DNA of 63,508 nucleotides, filler included, from Candidatus Woesearchaeota archaeon (lineage in GTDB: Archaea; Nanobdellota; Nanobdellia; Woesearchaeales; J072): assembly GCA_003695265.1 (NCBI GenBank). It is 6 parts of 6 records of this genome, joined end to end, with 100 filler letters (N's around TTAATTAATTAA, not from the genome) between each part and the next. Parts side by side here need not be neighbours in the genome. Positions count along the whole stretch, not along the records: positions 1 to 16,346 come from RFII01000086.1; 5 more parts are not named here. One strand, 5' to 3'. Positions 1 to 8,345 of this stretch are shown here, one piece after another. The notes below the pieces were generated by a model. It saw nothing but the letters and a program-made list of their open reading frames with translations, made no database searches and was not told where the DNA came from. Position 1 is the first letter of the stretch, and every line of letters begins with the position of its first letter. The position numbers were made by a program, and so were the translations under genes.

Positions 1-24
1 ATATTAAATTATTTTTCTCCTTAA

Positions 25-558
25 ATGAGGCTAAGTTTAGATGATTTAACCGTGCATCTTGGAAGGGCTTATGTCAGAATGCTTGCAGATAACCTGAGTG
101 TTGGCTTAGTCACAACCATAGGTCCAAAAACGAGGCCTATAGGAGAGTATTTCTCAGAAAAATTTGGCTGTGAGCTGGCAAATCTTCCCTCATTAAACAG
201 AGAAGGGAGGAATGAGGCTTTGGCGCGAATCCTTAATACCATTTACCCTTACCTGCCAATCCCTGTTTTAAGGCTTTTGTCCCGCGAATACATGAGGTTA
301 TATCAGCGTTCAAAAAGGTCTGTTCCTAATAATCTTGATTTGGATTCAATATTAATTGCAGAGCCGGAATCAACAATCCTATTGGTTGATGATAATTCTT
401 TTACTGGCAAAACATTTGAGCTATGGAAAGAAGAAATTAAAAAATTAAAACCAAATCCTATTGTTACATTTTCGGTGACAGTGACTGGCGATTACAGGCC
501 TGATTATTACTGCATTGAAGGCTGGCGCTCCTTTGAATGGAGGGCAATAGGCGTCTGA
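25..558 (+). CDS. Phosphoribosyltransferase-like (PRT type I) protein
   Basis: PRPP-binding loop-like motif ILLVDDNSFTGKTF; substrate not inferable. Confidence 0.55.
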   Translation: MRLSLDDLTVHLGRAYVRMLADNLSVGLVTTIGPKTRPIGEYFSEKFGCELANLPSLNREGRNEALARILNTIYPYLPIPVLRLLSREYMRLYQRSKRSVPNNLDLDSILIAEPESTILLVDDNSFTGKTFELWKEEIKKLKPNPIVTFSVTVTGDYRPDYYCIEGWRSFEWRAIGV

Positions 559-1215
559 TCACCTGCTCTTTCCCACACCAACCTTGTTACAGTATTCTCT
601 TATTGGGCACTTGCTGCAGTGCGGCGAAACCGGAGTGCAAAGGTGCTGGCCGAACGCAACCAAGAAAGTGTTGAGCGTTTTCCAGTACTTTTTCGGAAGC
701 TTCCTGCGCAGCGCCATTTCTGTCTCTAAAGGGCTCTTTGTTTTAACATAGCCCCACCGATTCACAATTTTATGCACATGAGTGTCGACGCAAATAGCGG
801 GCTTGTTAAAGGCAACAGCAACAACCAGGTTTGCGGTTTTTCTTCCTACGCCAGGGAGTTTGGTTAATTCATCAACGCTTTGCGGAATTATTCCCCCAAA
901 TTTTTCTTTTAGCGCAATTGGCAATTCTTTCAGGAACTTGGCCTTGTTCTTATAAAAGCCGACAGGGTAAATAAGCTTTTCAATATGCTTTATCGTAAGC
1001 TTTTCAAAATCATCAGGATTCCTTGCTGTTTTGAAAAGCCTTGAAGCAGCTTTTGCTGTCACCTCATCTTTTGTTCTGGCAGAAAGGATTGTGCCGACAA
1101 GAACTTTGAAAGGGTCTTTTGTCTGCGCTTCAATCAACTCAATAACAGGAACCTTGTACTTTCTCACTTCTTTTTTTAATACTTGGTATATTTTGTTTAT
1201 ATCAACTGTTTTCAT
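559..1215 (-). CDS. nth: Endonuclease III (HhH-GPD DNA glycosylase/AP lyase, 4Fe-4S)
   Basis: HhH LPGVGRKTAN, catalytic VDTHV, C-terminal C-x6-C-x2-C-x5-C cluster motif; ATGA overlap with dus. Confidence 0.95.
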   Translation of the reverse strand: MKTVDINKIYQVLKKEVRKYKVPVIELIEAQTKDPFKVLVGTILSARTKDEVTAKAASRLFKTARNPDDFEKLTIKHIEKLIYPVGFYKNKAKFLKELPIALKEKFGGIIPQSVDELTKLPGVGRKTANLVVAVAFNKPAICVDTHVHKIVNRWGYVKTKSPLETEMALRRKLPKKYWKTLNTFLVAFGQHLCTPVSPHCSKCPIREYCNKVGVGKSR

Positions 1216-2234
1216 TTAGTTTTTTGCAAGGGGAAGTTTCCCCTTGAACCCCTCTCCGTTCTGTGTTCCAAACTTGTTGTGTGTTCCAAATGGTGCCTCT
1301 TTGTGAAATCCTTTAAAATTTTCATTAATTCATCAATGCCTTTGCAAAGAGAAATTTTATTCCTCGCTTTTGCTCCTCCAACAATTCCTTTTGTGAATGT
1401 CATTGCCTGGTTTTTTATCCTTTGAAAACTTATTTTGTGCTTTTCAGCAAGCTCTGCGTACTCAAAAAACATTTTTAGCTTGTCATACCTCTCGTATTTT
1501 CCTTTCTTTAAATAATCATTAATCTGCGTGAAAATGTAAGGGTTGCCTATCGCGCCTCTTGCAACCATTATTGCATCAACGCCGCTCTCTTCCATGCGCT
1601 GCTTAAAAGCCTCTGGAGTGAAAACATCTCCGTTGCCAATAACAGGAATACTAACAGATTCTTTTACCTTTTTTATTATGCTCCAATCTGCCTTGTACTT
1701 ATAGCCATAACCCTGCAAGCGGCCATGAACTGCAACGGCTGCTGCTCCTGCGTCTTCGGCAAGCTTTGCCACCTCAACAGCATTAACATGCTTTTTGTCA
1801 TAGCCACTCCTTATCTTAATGGTCACTGGCTTGCTCACGGCAGATGAGATCTTAGACACGAGCTTTGCGATTCCTTCAGGGTTCCTCATAAGCTCTGAGC
1901 CAGCGCCTATCTTCACAACCTTCCACGCAGGGCATCCGCAATTAACATCAATAACATCAAACCTATCCTCAACTAATTTGGCAGCTTCCACAACCTCTTT
2001 TATATTATTGCCGAAAAGTTGCACAGCAACAGGCTTCTCAGCAGGGTCAACCTTAATCAAGTCAAGAGACCTTTTGTTGCCGCGCGCAATAGCTGATCCG
2101 CTGACAAACTCAGTGTAAGCAATCCCAGCGCCGCATTTTCTTGCTAATATGCGGAAAGCAACGTCAGTAACCCCAGCCATCGGCGCTAAGATTGCTTTGC
2201 TTTTGAGCTTTGGAAATGACTTTGCCGAGCGCAT
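1212..2234 (-). CDS. dusB: tRNA-dihydrouridine synthase (DusB-like)
   Basis: LAPMAGVTD, VQLFG, DVNCGCP, VHGR, IGNGD, ARGAIGNP motifs; atypical ~29-aa C-terminal extension. Confidence 0.92.
   Translation of the reverse strand: MRSAKSFPKLKSKAILAPMAGVTDVAFRILARKCGAGIAYTEFVSGSAIARGNKRSLDLIKVDPAEKPVAVQLFGNNIKEVVEAAKLVEDRFDVIDVNCGCPAWKVVKIGAGSELMRNPEGIAKLVSKISSAVSKPVTIKIRSGYDKKHVNAVEVAKLAEDAGAAAVAVHGRLQGYGYKYKADWSIIKKVKESVSIPVIGNGDVFTPEAFKQRMEESGVDAIMVARGAIGNPYIFTQINDYLKKGKYERYDKLKMFFEYAELAEKHKISFQRIKNQAMTFTKGIVGGAKARNKISLCKGIDELMKILKDFTKRHHLEHTTSLEHRTERGSRGNFPLQKTK
1227..1255 (-). repeat. REP-like palindrome (GGGGTTCAAGGGG-loop-CCCCTTG) inside the dus 3' end
   Basis: Hairpin CAAGGGGAA/TTCCCCTTG followed by AACCCCTCT; the same motif recurs at 48116-48181. 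Confidence 0.55.
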
Positions 2235-2363
2235 GTAATGCTGAAATAATCCTTTTTTTAAAAAACTTTACAATAAGACATTTATCAAAAATATTTTTAA
2301 AGTCTTTTATTAATGCTCAGCAAATAATTTTAAGTTGCATTTCCTAATTAATCCTCATTTTAC

Positions 2364-2440
2364 ATTACAAAATTATGTCACAACAGTGCTTAGTCCCGCC
2401 CATACCACCCAAGCATGAAAGCTTTCTCAGTTAAGCTGAC
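2364..2440 (+). repeat. Dispersed intergenic element, copy 1 (left end decayed)
   Basis: TTAGTCCCGCCCATACCACCC...CTCAGTTAAGCTGAC in the dus/antiporter divergent spacer. Confidence 0.85.
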
Positions 2441-2507
2441 AGCACTTTTTTTTGAAAACCTTTTTAAACCCAATGCTCCCATTAATTTATTAAAAAAAAG
2501 AGGCAGA

Positions 2508-4280
2508 ATGGCAGCTGAGAACATTTTTTTGGAAATCGGCATAATAATCATAGCAGCGACTTTTATAGGCTATTTCCTCAGACTTCTAAGGCAACCTCTT
2601 ATTCCTGCTTACATACTAACAGGATTACTATTAGGGCCTGTTCTCGGCGTAGTAACTGACCTCAGCGTTATTGAGAAGCTATCAGAAATAGGCATCGCTT
2701 TCCTGCTTTTCATCGTGGGACTTGAAATAAACTTTTCTAAGCTGAGGTCTGTGCTTTTCGTATCAACGATAGGCGGCTTAATAAGGATATTCCTGCTTTT
2801 CTCTATTGGTTATGTGGTTGCTTTGCTGCTCGGCTTTGTTTCAATAGTTGCAGCTTATGTTGCAGTAGCAATAACTTTCTCAAGCACTGTTTTAGCTGTT
2901 AAAATACTTGCGGACAAGCATGAGCTCACAACGCTTCACGGCAGGATAATAATGGGCATGCTGCTTATAGAAGACTTCTTCGCAATACTCGCTCTTACAA
3001 TATTCTCAAGCCAGGTTTTCTCACCTGTTATTATACTAATGTCATTAATCAAGGTGTTGCTGCTTCTAATAATTGCTTACCTTATAAGCAAATACATCCT
3101 GACTTTTATTTTTAAAATCGCTGTTAAGTCTAACGAAATAATGCTTTTGTTAGCAATATCCACCTGCTTTTTCTTTGCACTCATGGCAGAGTTCAGCGGC
3201 CGCTTGATATCCCTTGTTTTTTCCCCATCACAGATTCCCGCAGCGCAGAGCCTCGGAATAGGCACCTCTGCTATCATCGGAGCTTTCATAGGAGGCATCG
3301 CCTTAGCAAACCTGCCGCACCACATAGAGCTTATTGCGAGGATAAGGTCTCTAAAAGATTTCTTCGCAATACTCTTCTTTGTCTCAATAGGCCTTAACCT
3401 AACAACAGCGGCATTTAAATTGATATTAATTCCATTAATGGCGTTGCTTGGCATTATAATAACAATAAAACCTTTCCTAACCTCGCTAATAATATCATTC
3501 ATGGGCTACAAAAAAAGAACAAGCTTTTTTGTGGGGATAGGGATGATGCACGTCAGCGAGTTTGCTTTAATAATAGCAGCGCAAGGTCTCATTTTAGGAA
3601 ACATAACAAGAGAAATCTTTTCAGTAATAGTCATAACCACAGCGTTCTCAATGATTCTCGGAAGCTATTCCATAAAATTCAGTGCGCACCTATTTGAGTT
3701 TCTCAAGCCAGTGCTAAGCTTCCTAGATAAACTGGCGATGAAAAACATGGAAATAGAACATTACATCCCTATGGGCTTCAGTAATGCTGTTGTTCTCGTC
3801 GGTTATGGAAACATAGGCTACACAATCCACCAAAAGCTTTCAAAACTAAAAAAGAAAGTCATAATCATTGATTACAACCCTGACATAATAAAAGAGCTTT
3901 CTGACAAAAAAGTGCCGTGCTACTTCGGAGACATAAACGACCCTGAAGTATTGGACCAGATAAACATAAAAACAGTTTCCCAGATTATCTCAACGCTTCC
4001 CTACAAAGACCAAAATATTAAACTTATAAGAAAGCTGAAATCAAAAAACCCGAAAATCTTGATTTACGCAACAGCCCTGAAAATCGACGACGCCTTAAAA
4101 TTATATGATGAAGGCGCTGATTACGTTATAATGCCTCATTTCCTTGGAGGCGGCCATGTTTCATTAATGCTTGAGGAATCAGCTGACGACCCAAGAAAAA
4201 TGGAGCAGACAAGAAAAGAGCACCTCTTGCAGTTGGAGGAAAGAAAACGGATGAGGCATGAGCATCCGCTAAGCGTTTAA
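2508..4280 (+). CDS. CPA2 cation:proton antiporter with C-terminal TrkA-N/RCK domain (KefB/KefC-like), paralog 1
   Basis: ~13 TM helices, IGIAFLLFIVGLE, FSST, IEDF, RCK motif VGYGNIG; start moved to ATG 2508 after AGAGG. Confidence 0.9.
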   Translation: MAAENIFLEIGIIIIAATFIGYFLRLLRQPLIPAYILTGLLLGPVLGVVTDLSVIEKLSEIGIAFLLFIVGLEINFSKLRSVLFVSTIGGLIRIFLLFSIGYVVALLLGFVSIVAAYVAVAITFSSTVLAVKILADKHELTTLHGRIIMGMLLIEDFFAILALTIFSSQVFSPVIILMSLIKVLLLLIIAYLISKYILTFIFKIAVKSNEIMLLLAISTCFFFALMAEFSGRLISLVFSPSQIPAAQSLGIGTSAIIGAFIGGIALANLPHHIELIARIRSLKDFFAILFFVSIGLNLTTAAFKLILIPLMALLGIIITIKPFLTSLIISFMGYKKRTSFFVGIGMMHVSEFALIIAAQGLILGNITREIFSVIVITTAFSMILGSYSIKFSAHLFEFLKPVLSFLDKLAMKNMEIEHYIPMGFSNAVVLVGYGNIGYTIHQKLSKLKKKVIIIDYNPDIIKELSDKKVPCYFGDINDPEVLDQINIKTVSQIISTLPYKDQNIKLIRKLKSKNPKILIYATALKIDDALKLYDEGADYVIMPHFLGGGHVSLMLEESADDPRKMEQTRKEHLLQLEERKRMRHEHPLSV

Positions 4281-4281
4281 A

Positions 4282-6021
4282 ATGGAAAACGTGCTTATAG
4301 ACCTTGGCATTGTGCTTCTGCTAATCACGCTTCTCGGCGGAGTAGCCAGGCTTTTGAAGCAGCCATTAATACTTGCTTACATAGCAACAGGCATTATTAT
4401 AGGCCCTGTTGGCCTTGGCTTAATAAAGAACGCTGAGCACTCTTTCCTTTTCACACTAAACCCCTTTTTAGGGGCGTTGTCTGCTTTCTCGCACATAGGC
4501 ATAACTTTTCTGCTTTTCATTCTTGGAATAGGGCTGAACCCAAGAGTCTTTAAGGAAATGGGAGTTTCTGCTTTGCTGGTGGGAATTGCGCAAATACTAG
4601 TCACTGCCTTTATCGGCTTCTTCATAAGCATTGCTCTGGGATTTGGTATTATAGCTTCTCTTTACGTTTGCATAGCATTGACTTTCAGCAGCACCATAAT
4701 CATTGTCAGCTTTCTCTCCGTTAAGAAAGACCTTAACAAGCTTTACGGAAAAATATCAATAGCAATACTAATCCTGCAGGACTTTGTCGCAATAATCGCA
4801 TTAGTCTTAATAACCGCGACAAAAACAAGCGCTTCTCCCACTAATCTCCTAATAGTTTTTCTCGTGAAAGGAAGCATGCTTATGCTTGCCCCATTCATAT
4901 TTGCCAAAATCATTTTCCCATGGTTTTTTGGCAAAGCAGCAAAGTCGCAAGAGCTTCTTTTCCTAACAGGACTGTCATGGTGCTTTATAGTAAGCCTTTA
5001 CAGCACGCTGTTAGGATTTTCGATAGAATTAGGAGCTTTAATAGCGGGAATCACTATTTCTAGCCTGCCTTACGCAAAAGAGCTCTCAAGCAAAATAAAG
5101 CCACTAAAAGACTTTTTCCTAATAATGTTCTTTGTAATGCTCGGGGCAGGCATGATGTTTGACACGACAAGCCTTCAGCCAGCTTCTATAATTATACTCT
5201 CATTATTCATTCTCATAGGCAAGCCCTTAATAATCCTTCTTTTAATGCGCTTCTCAAATTACAGGATAAAAACAGCGTTCTCAACAGGAATAACACTCTC
5301 TCAGATAAGCGAGTTCTCCCTTATCTTATTAACATTGGGCGTGTCTGCAGGACACATAAACCCAACTGTCAGGTCATTAGTTGCTTTTGTTGCAGTAATA
5401 ACAATTACTCTGTCGTCATATTTCATATTTTACCAAGACAAAATCTATTCAAAAATATCAAGTGTTCTCACAAAGTTTGAGAGCAAGAACGCTCAAGAGG
5501 ACTCAATGAAGTCACACCAGCAAAAAACATATGATTTAATACTGATTGGCTACGGGCAGCTCGGAGAGGAAATCCACTCCAGGCTTAAAAAAAGGAAAGC
5601 TCTGATAATTGACCACGACCCAAAACGCGTTAACAGCCTCATAATGAACAATGTTGAATGCGTTTACGGCGATGTCTCAGACCCTGACACGCTTGAGCAA
5701 ATAGAAGAATTCAACCCCAAAATAATTGTTTCAACTCTTGAAAGCCATGACGAAAACGTTCTAGTGCTCAAGCACTTTAAGGCAAAAGACAAAAACATAA
5801 AACTCTTCATAACCGCAACAAACATGGACGAGGCCTTTGAGCTTTATGACTTGGGAGCCGATTATGTTATAATGCCTCACTTTTTAGGAGGGGACCACGC
5901 TTCACTAATCCTTGAGAAGCACGGCGCAGACAGCAGGAAAATAAGGAAGACAAGGTCAGAACATTTAAGAGAGCTGCGGATGAGGAAGGCGAAAGGAAAT
6001 GAGCACCCAACATACGTTTAA
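4282..6021 (+). CDS. CPA2 cation:proton antiporter with TrkA-N/RCK domain, paralog 2
   Basis: FSST, LQDF, SQISEF, IGYGQLG; C-terminus homologous to paralog 1 (YVIMPHFLGG...EHP). Confidence 0.9.
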   Translation: MENVLIDLGIVLLLITLLGGVARLLKQPLILAYIATGIIIGPVGLGLIKNAEHSFLFTLNPFLGALSAFSHIGITFLLFILGIGLNPRVFKEMGVSALLVGIAQILVTAFIGFFISIALGFGIIASLYVCIALTFSSTIIIVSFLSVKKDLNKLYGKISIAILILQDFVAIIALVLITATKTSASPTNLLIVFLVKGSMLMLAPFIFAKIIFPWFFGKAAKSQELLFLTGLSWCFIVSLYSTLLGFSIELGALIAGITISSLPYAKELSSKIKPLKDFFLIMFFVMLGAGMMFDTTSLQPASIIILSLFILIGKPLIILLLMRFSNYRIKTAFSTGITLSQISEFSLILLTLGVSAGHINPTVRSLVAFVAVITITLSSYFIFYQDKIYSKISSVLTKFESKNAQEDSMKSHQQKTYDLILIGYGQLGEEIHSRLKKRKALIIDHDPKRVNSLIMNNVECVYGDVSDPDTLEQIEEFNPKIIVSTLESHDENVLVLKHFKAKDKNIKLFITATNMDEAFELYDLGADYVIMPHFLGGDHASLILEKHGADSRKIRKTRSEHLRELRMRKAKGNEHPTYV

Positions 6022-6247
6022 GGATGACGAGCTGCGCGCTACAGTTCAGATTGGCAAGAACGGAATAACAGAGCAATTGGTTAATGAGATAAAAAAGCAG
6101 CTGAAAAAAAGGAAGCTCATAAAAATAAAGATCCTTAAAAGTTATCATAAAACCCATGACCGCAAGGAAACCGCCAAAAAATTATGCGTCTTGACCAAAG
6201 CAAGGCTTTTGTCGCAGAAAGGCTTTGTCATAGTACTCCGAAAATAA
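5999..6247 (+). CDS. yhbY: YhbY/CRM-domain RNA-binding protein
   Basis: VQIGKNGITEQLVNEI...LIKIKIL...G pattern of CRS1/YhbY. Confidence 0.85.
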   Translation: MSTQHTFKDDELRATVQIGKNGITEQLVNEIKKQLKKRKLIKIKILKSYHKTHDRKETAKKLCVLTKARLLSQKGFVIVLRK

Positions 6248-6325
6248 TTTAAATGCATAAAAACCAATATTATATAAACCACACCCGCTAATAAAGACCC
6301 ATATTTATATTAATAATACTAAAAA

Positions 6326-7729
6326 ATGGTGTCCGTTCAAGATTTTGGGTTCAAGGAAGAAATAGCAGAAGACCAGTACCATTTACAGCTGCCAACAGGC
6401 TACCCTGAGCCAATAAAAAGGTACAGGCTGATCCTGGACCAGCAGAACCTTTCAATAGAGGAAATGTACTACTGGATTCTCAGCCACTTGCAAATAGACC
6501 ATGGCTTTCACGAATTCATAAAAATAACAGACGTCTTCGCAGCGTCTGAGCAAAGCGCTTTCTGGGGGGTTTCACAGCAAAGGCTCGGCCTGCAGCAGGA
6601 CAAGGCATCACAGTTTCTGGCCGTTATTGGCAAAATGGTAAAAGAGCTTTTCCAATTGGTGCGCGAGCTCCGCGTCCTAGACGAAAAACTAAGCTTTTAC
6701 GAGGACTCAGCCACGCAGGAAAGCGCGGAAATAGCTTTGAAAGGGTGGTGGATAGACCTTGTTGAAGGTGGAGCAAAAAACCCAGCATCTGTTTATGGAA
6801 TGTCAACACAGGTCGGCTTTGCAACGCTGCCCGACCTTTTCTTCAGCGTGCATCCAAAAAAATCTTCAAGCGTTGACCACGTTGTTAACAGCCTTAAATT
6901 CAACAGGAAAGTGAAAGAGGTTCTGAAAAGGAAGCTGAAGGCTTACCTTGCATGGAAAGAACATACTCACAAGGAATTAAAAAACAGGAGGAAGTTCACG
7001 CTGAAGTACTTGAGGCAGCATTACGACATTATCAAAATGTACAATGCTTGGGTGAAGCCATACTTAAGATACATAAAAAGGCTGCACCAAGACAGAGAAA
7101 AGCAGGAAAGCGTTGACTTAGTAATGGCTTTCGAAGGTTCCATAGTTGAGATTGAGTTCTTGGCGAAAAGGCAGATGAAGCCAGGCGCTACTTATCACCC
7201 TGTAATCCTTGCAAGCTTTTACTACAGGTCAAGGCCTTACATGAACTTCCAGCAGGAAGGATTTCAGCGCGGCCCAGTGCACACAGGCCGAGCAAAAATG
7301 GAGCTCCGATCCTATGTGTGGAGTGATGAGCAAATAGAAAAATACAGGCAATACCGTGACAAAGAGTCATTTGAGCTTCTCTCAAACGTTGACGGCTCTG
7401 TCAGGGCTGCGATGGACGCTCTTGGCGAGGAGCTTGAAAATTATTTAAGAGAAGCAGGGGAAGACTTCGCAGACCTGAAAAAAGATAAGGATAAAGAGAA
7501 AAAGAAAACCCCCTCAATGTTAGACCCTTTTTCATCAGTTATTAAAGGCTTTGGTGAGATGTTTAACGCACTTTTCGGCGTCTCAAACCTTTTCTCTTCA
7601 AAGCAAGGTAAAAAAAAGTCAAGCGCGCAACTCAAAAAAGAAAAAGCCTCTGCCAAAGCCTACTCAAAAAACGCTGTTTGGCAGACTTATAAGAACTATA
7701 AAAAAGCACACAGAATGATTACTTGGTAA
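6326..7729 (+). CDS. Hypothetical protein (467 aa, largely helical), gene 1 of three-gene operon
   Basis: Long ORF with host-like codon usage and a TATA-like element (~6270) upstream; no recognisable catalytic motif. Confidence 0.85.
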   Translation: MVSVQDFGFKEEIAEDQYHLQLPTGYPEPIKRYRLILDQQNLSIEEMYYWILSHLQIDHGFHEFIKITDVFAASEQSAFWGVSQQRLGLQQDKASQFLAVIGKMVKELFQLVRELRVLDEKLSFYEDSATQESAEIALKGWWIDLVEGGAKNPASVYGMSTQVGFATLPDLFFSVHPKKSSSVDHVVNSLKFNRKVKEVLKRKLKAYLAWKEHTHKELKNRRKFTLKYLRQHYDIIKMYNAWVKPYLRYIKRLHQDREKQESVDLVMAFEGSIVEIEFLAKRQMKPGATYHPVILASFYYRSRPYMNFQQEGFQRGPVHTGRAKMELRSYVWSDEQIEKYRQYRDKESFELLSNVDGSVRAAMDALGEELENYLREAGEDFADLKKDKDKEKKKTPSMLDPFSSVIKGFGEMFNALFGVSNLFSSKQGKKKSSAQLKKEKASAKAYSKNAVWQTYKNYKKAHRMITW

Positions 7730-7734
7730 AAAAA

Positions 7735-8337
7735 ATGTTGGAACTTGACGACATAAAAAAACTTAGCCCAAAGGAGCGGATTGAGAAGATAAAGGAGCTT
7801 GAAAAAAAAAGAAAGAAAGAGCTGGAAGACGCGAAAAAACTGATTAATGATTCTATTGAGGAAATAAAACATGAGGAAATGCTTCGTGAGATAGAGGAGG
7901 AAATCACTGTTCCAAAACCAAAGCCCATTAACATTGACGCGCTTTTCGGCAAAAAAGAGGAAAGCAAAGAAAAAGAGGCAGAAGAGAGAGAAAAGAGGCT
8001 TGAGGAAACCATTGAATCAGAGCAGGTAATGCACGAGGAAGAAGTGAAAGCTCAGCAAGGCCAATACTCCCAGCTGATAGAGGAGCTTTACTCAGCGCAC
8101 CCAAACCTAGGAGCTATTGCGCAGCCAGTGTATGAGAAGCTTCAAAACCTAAGAGAAGTTAAGGAGGCGGGCGGCTCATGGACTTATGATGATTATCAAG
8201 TTTTCAAGGCAATAAGCTCAAACCTAGGCAGCTTCAGGGTTGATTACAAATACACTGACTCAGAGAAAGTGGCTAACATGCTTGCGGCAAGCAGGAAAAT
8301 AATTGATGAACTCGGATACCAGATTGGAGGCGTTTAG
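7735..8337 (+). CDS. Charged coiled-coil hypothetical protein, gene 2 of operon
   Basis: E/K-rich heptad-like N-terminus; ATG 5 bp after previous stop. Confidence 0.8.
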   Translation: MLELDDIKKLSPKERIEKIKELEKKRKKELEDAKKLINDSIEEIKHEEMLREIEEEITVPKPKPINIDALFGKKEESKEKEAEEREKRLEETIESEQVMHEEEVKAQQGQYSQLIEELYSAHPNLGAIAQPVYEKLQNLREVKEAGGSWTYDDYQVFKAISSNLGSFRVDYKYTDSEKVANMLAASRKIIDELGYQIGGV

Positions 8338-8345
8338 GTGGTTTT

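Noticed and set aside
2415..2507. N-terminal extensions in the ORF track (also 12247, 19221, 21446, 23026, 39225, 54225)
   Set aside because: They run through repeats, promoters or neighbouring genes; downstream ATGs fit RBS position or family N-termini better.
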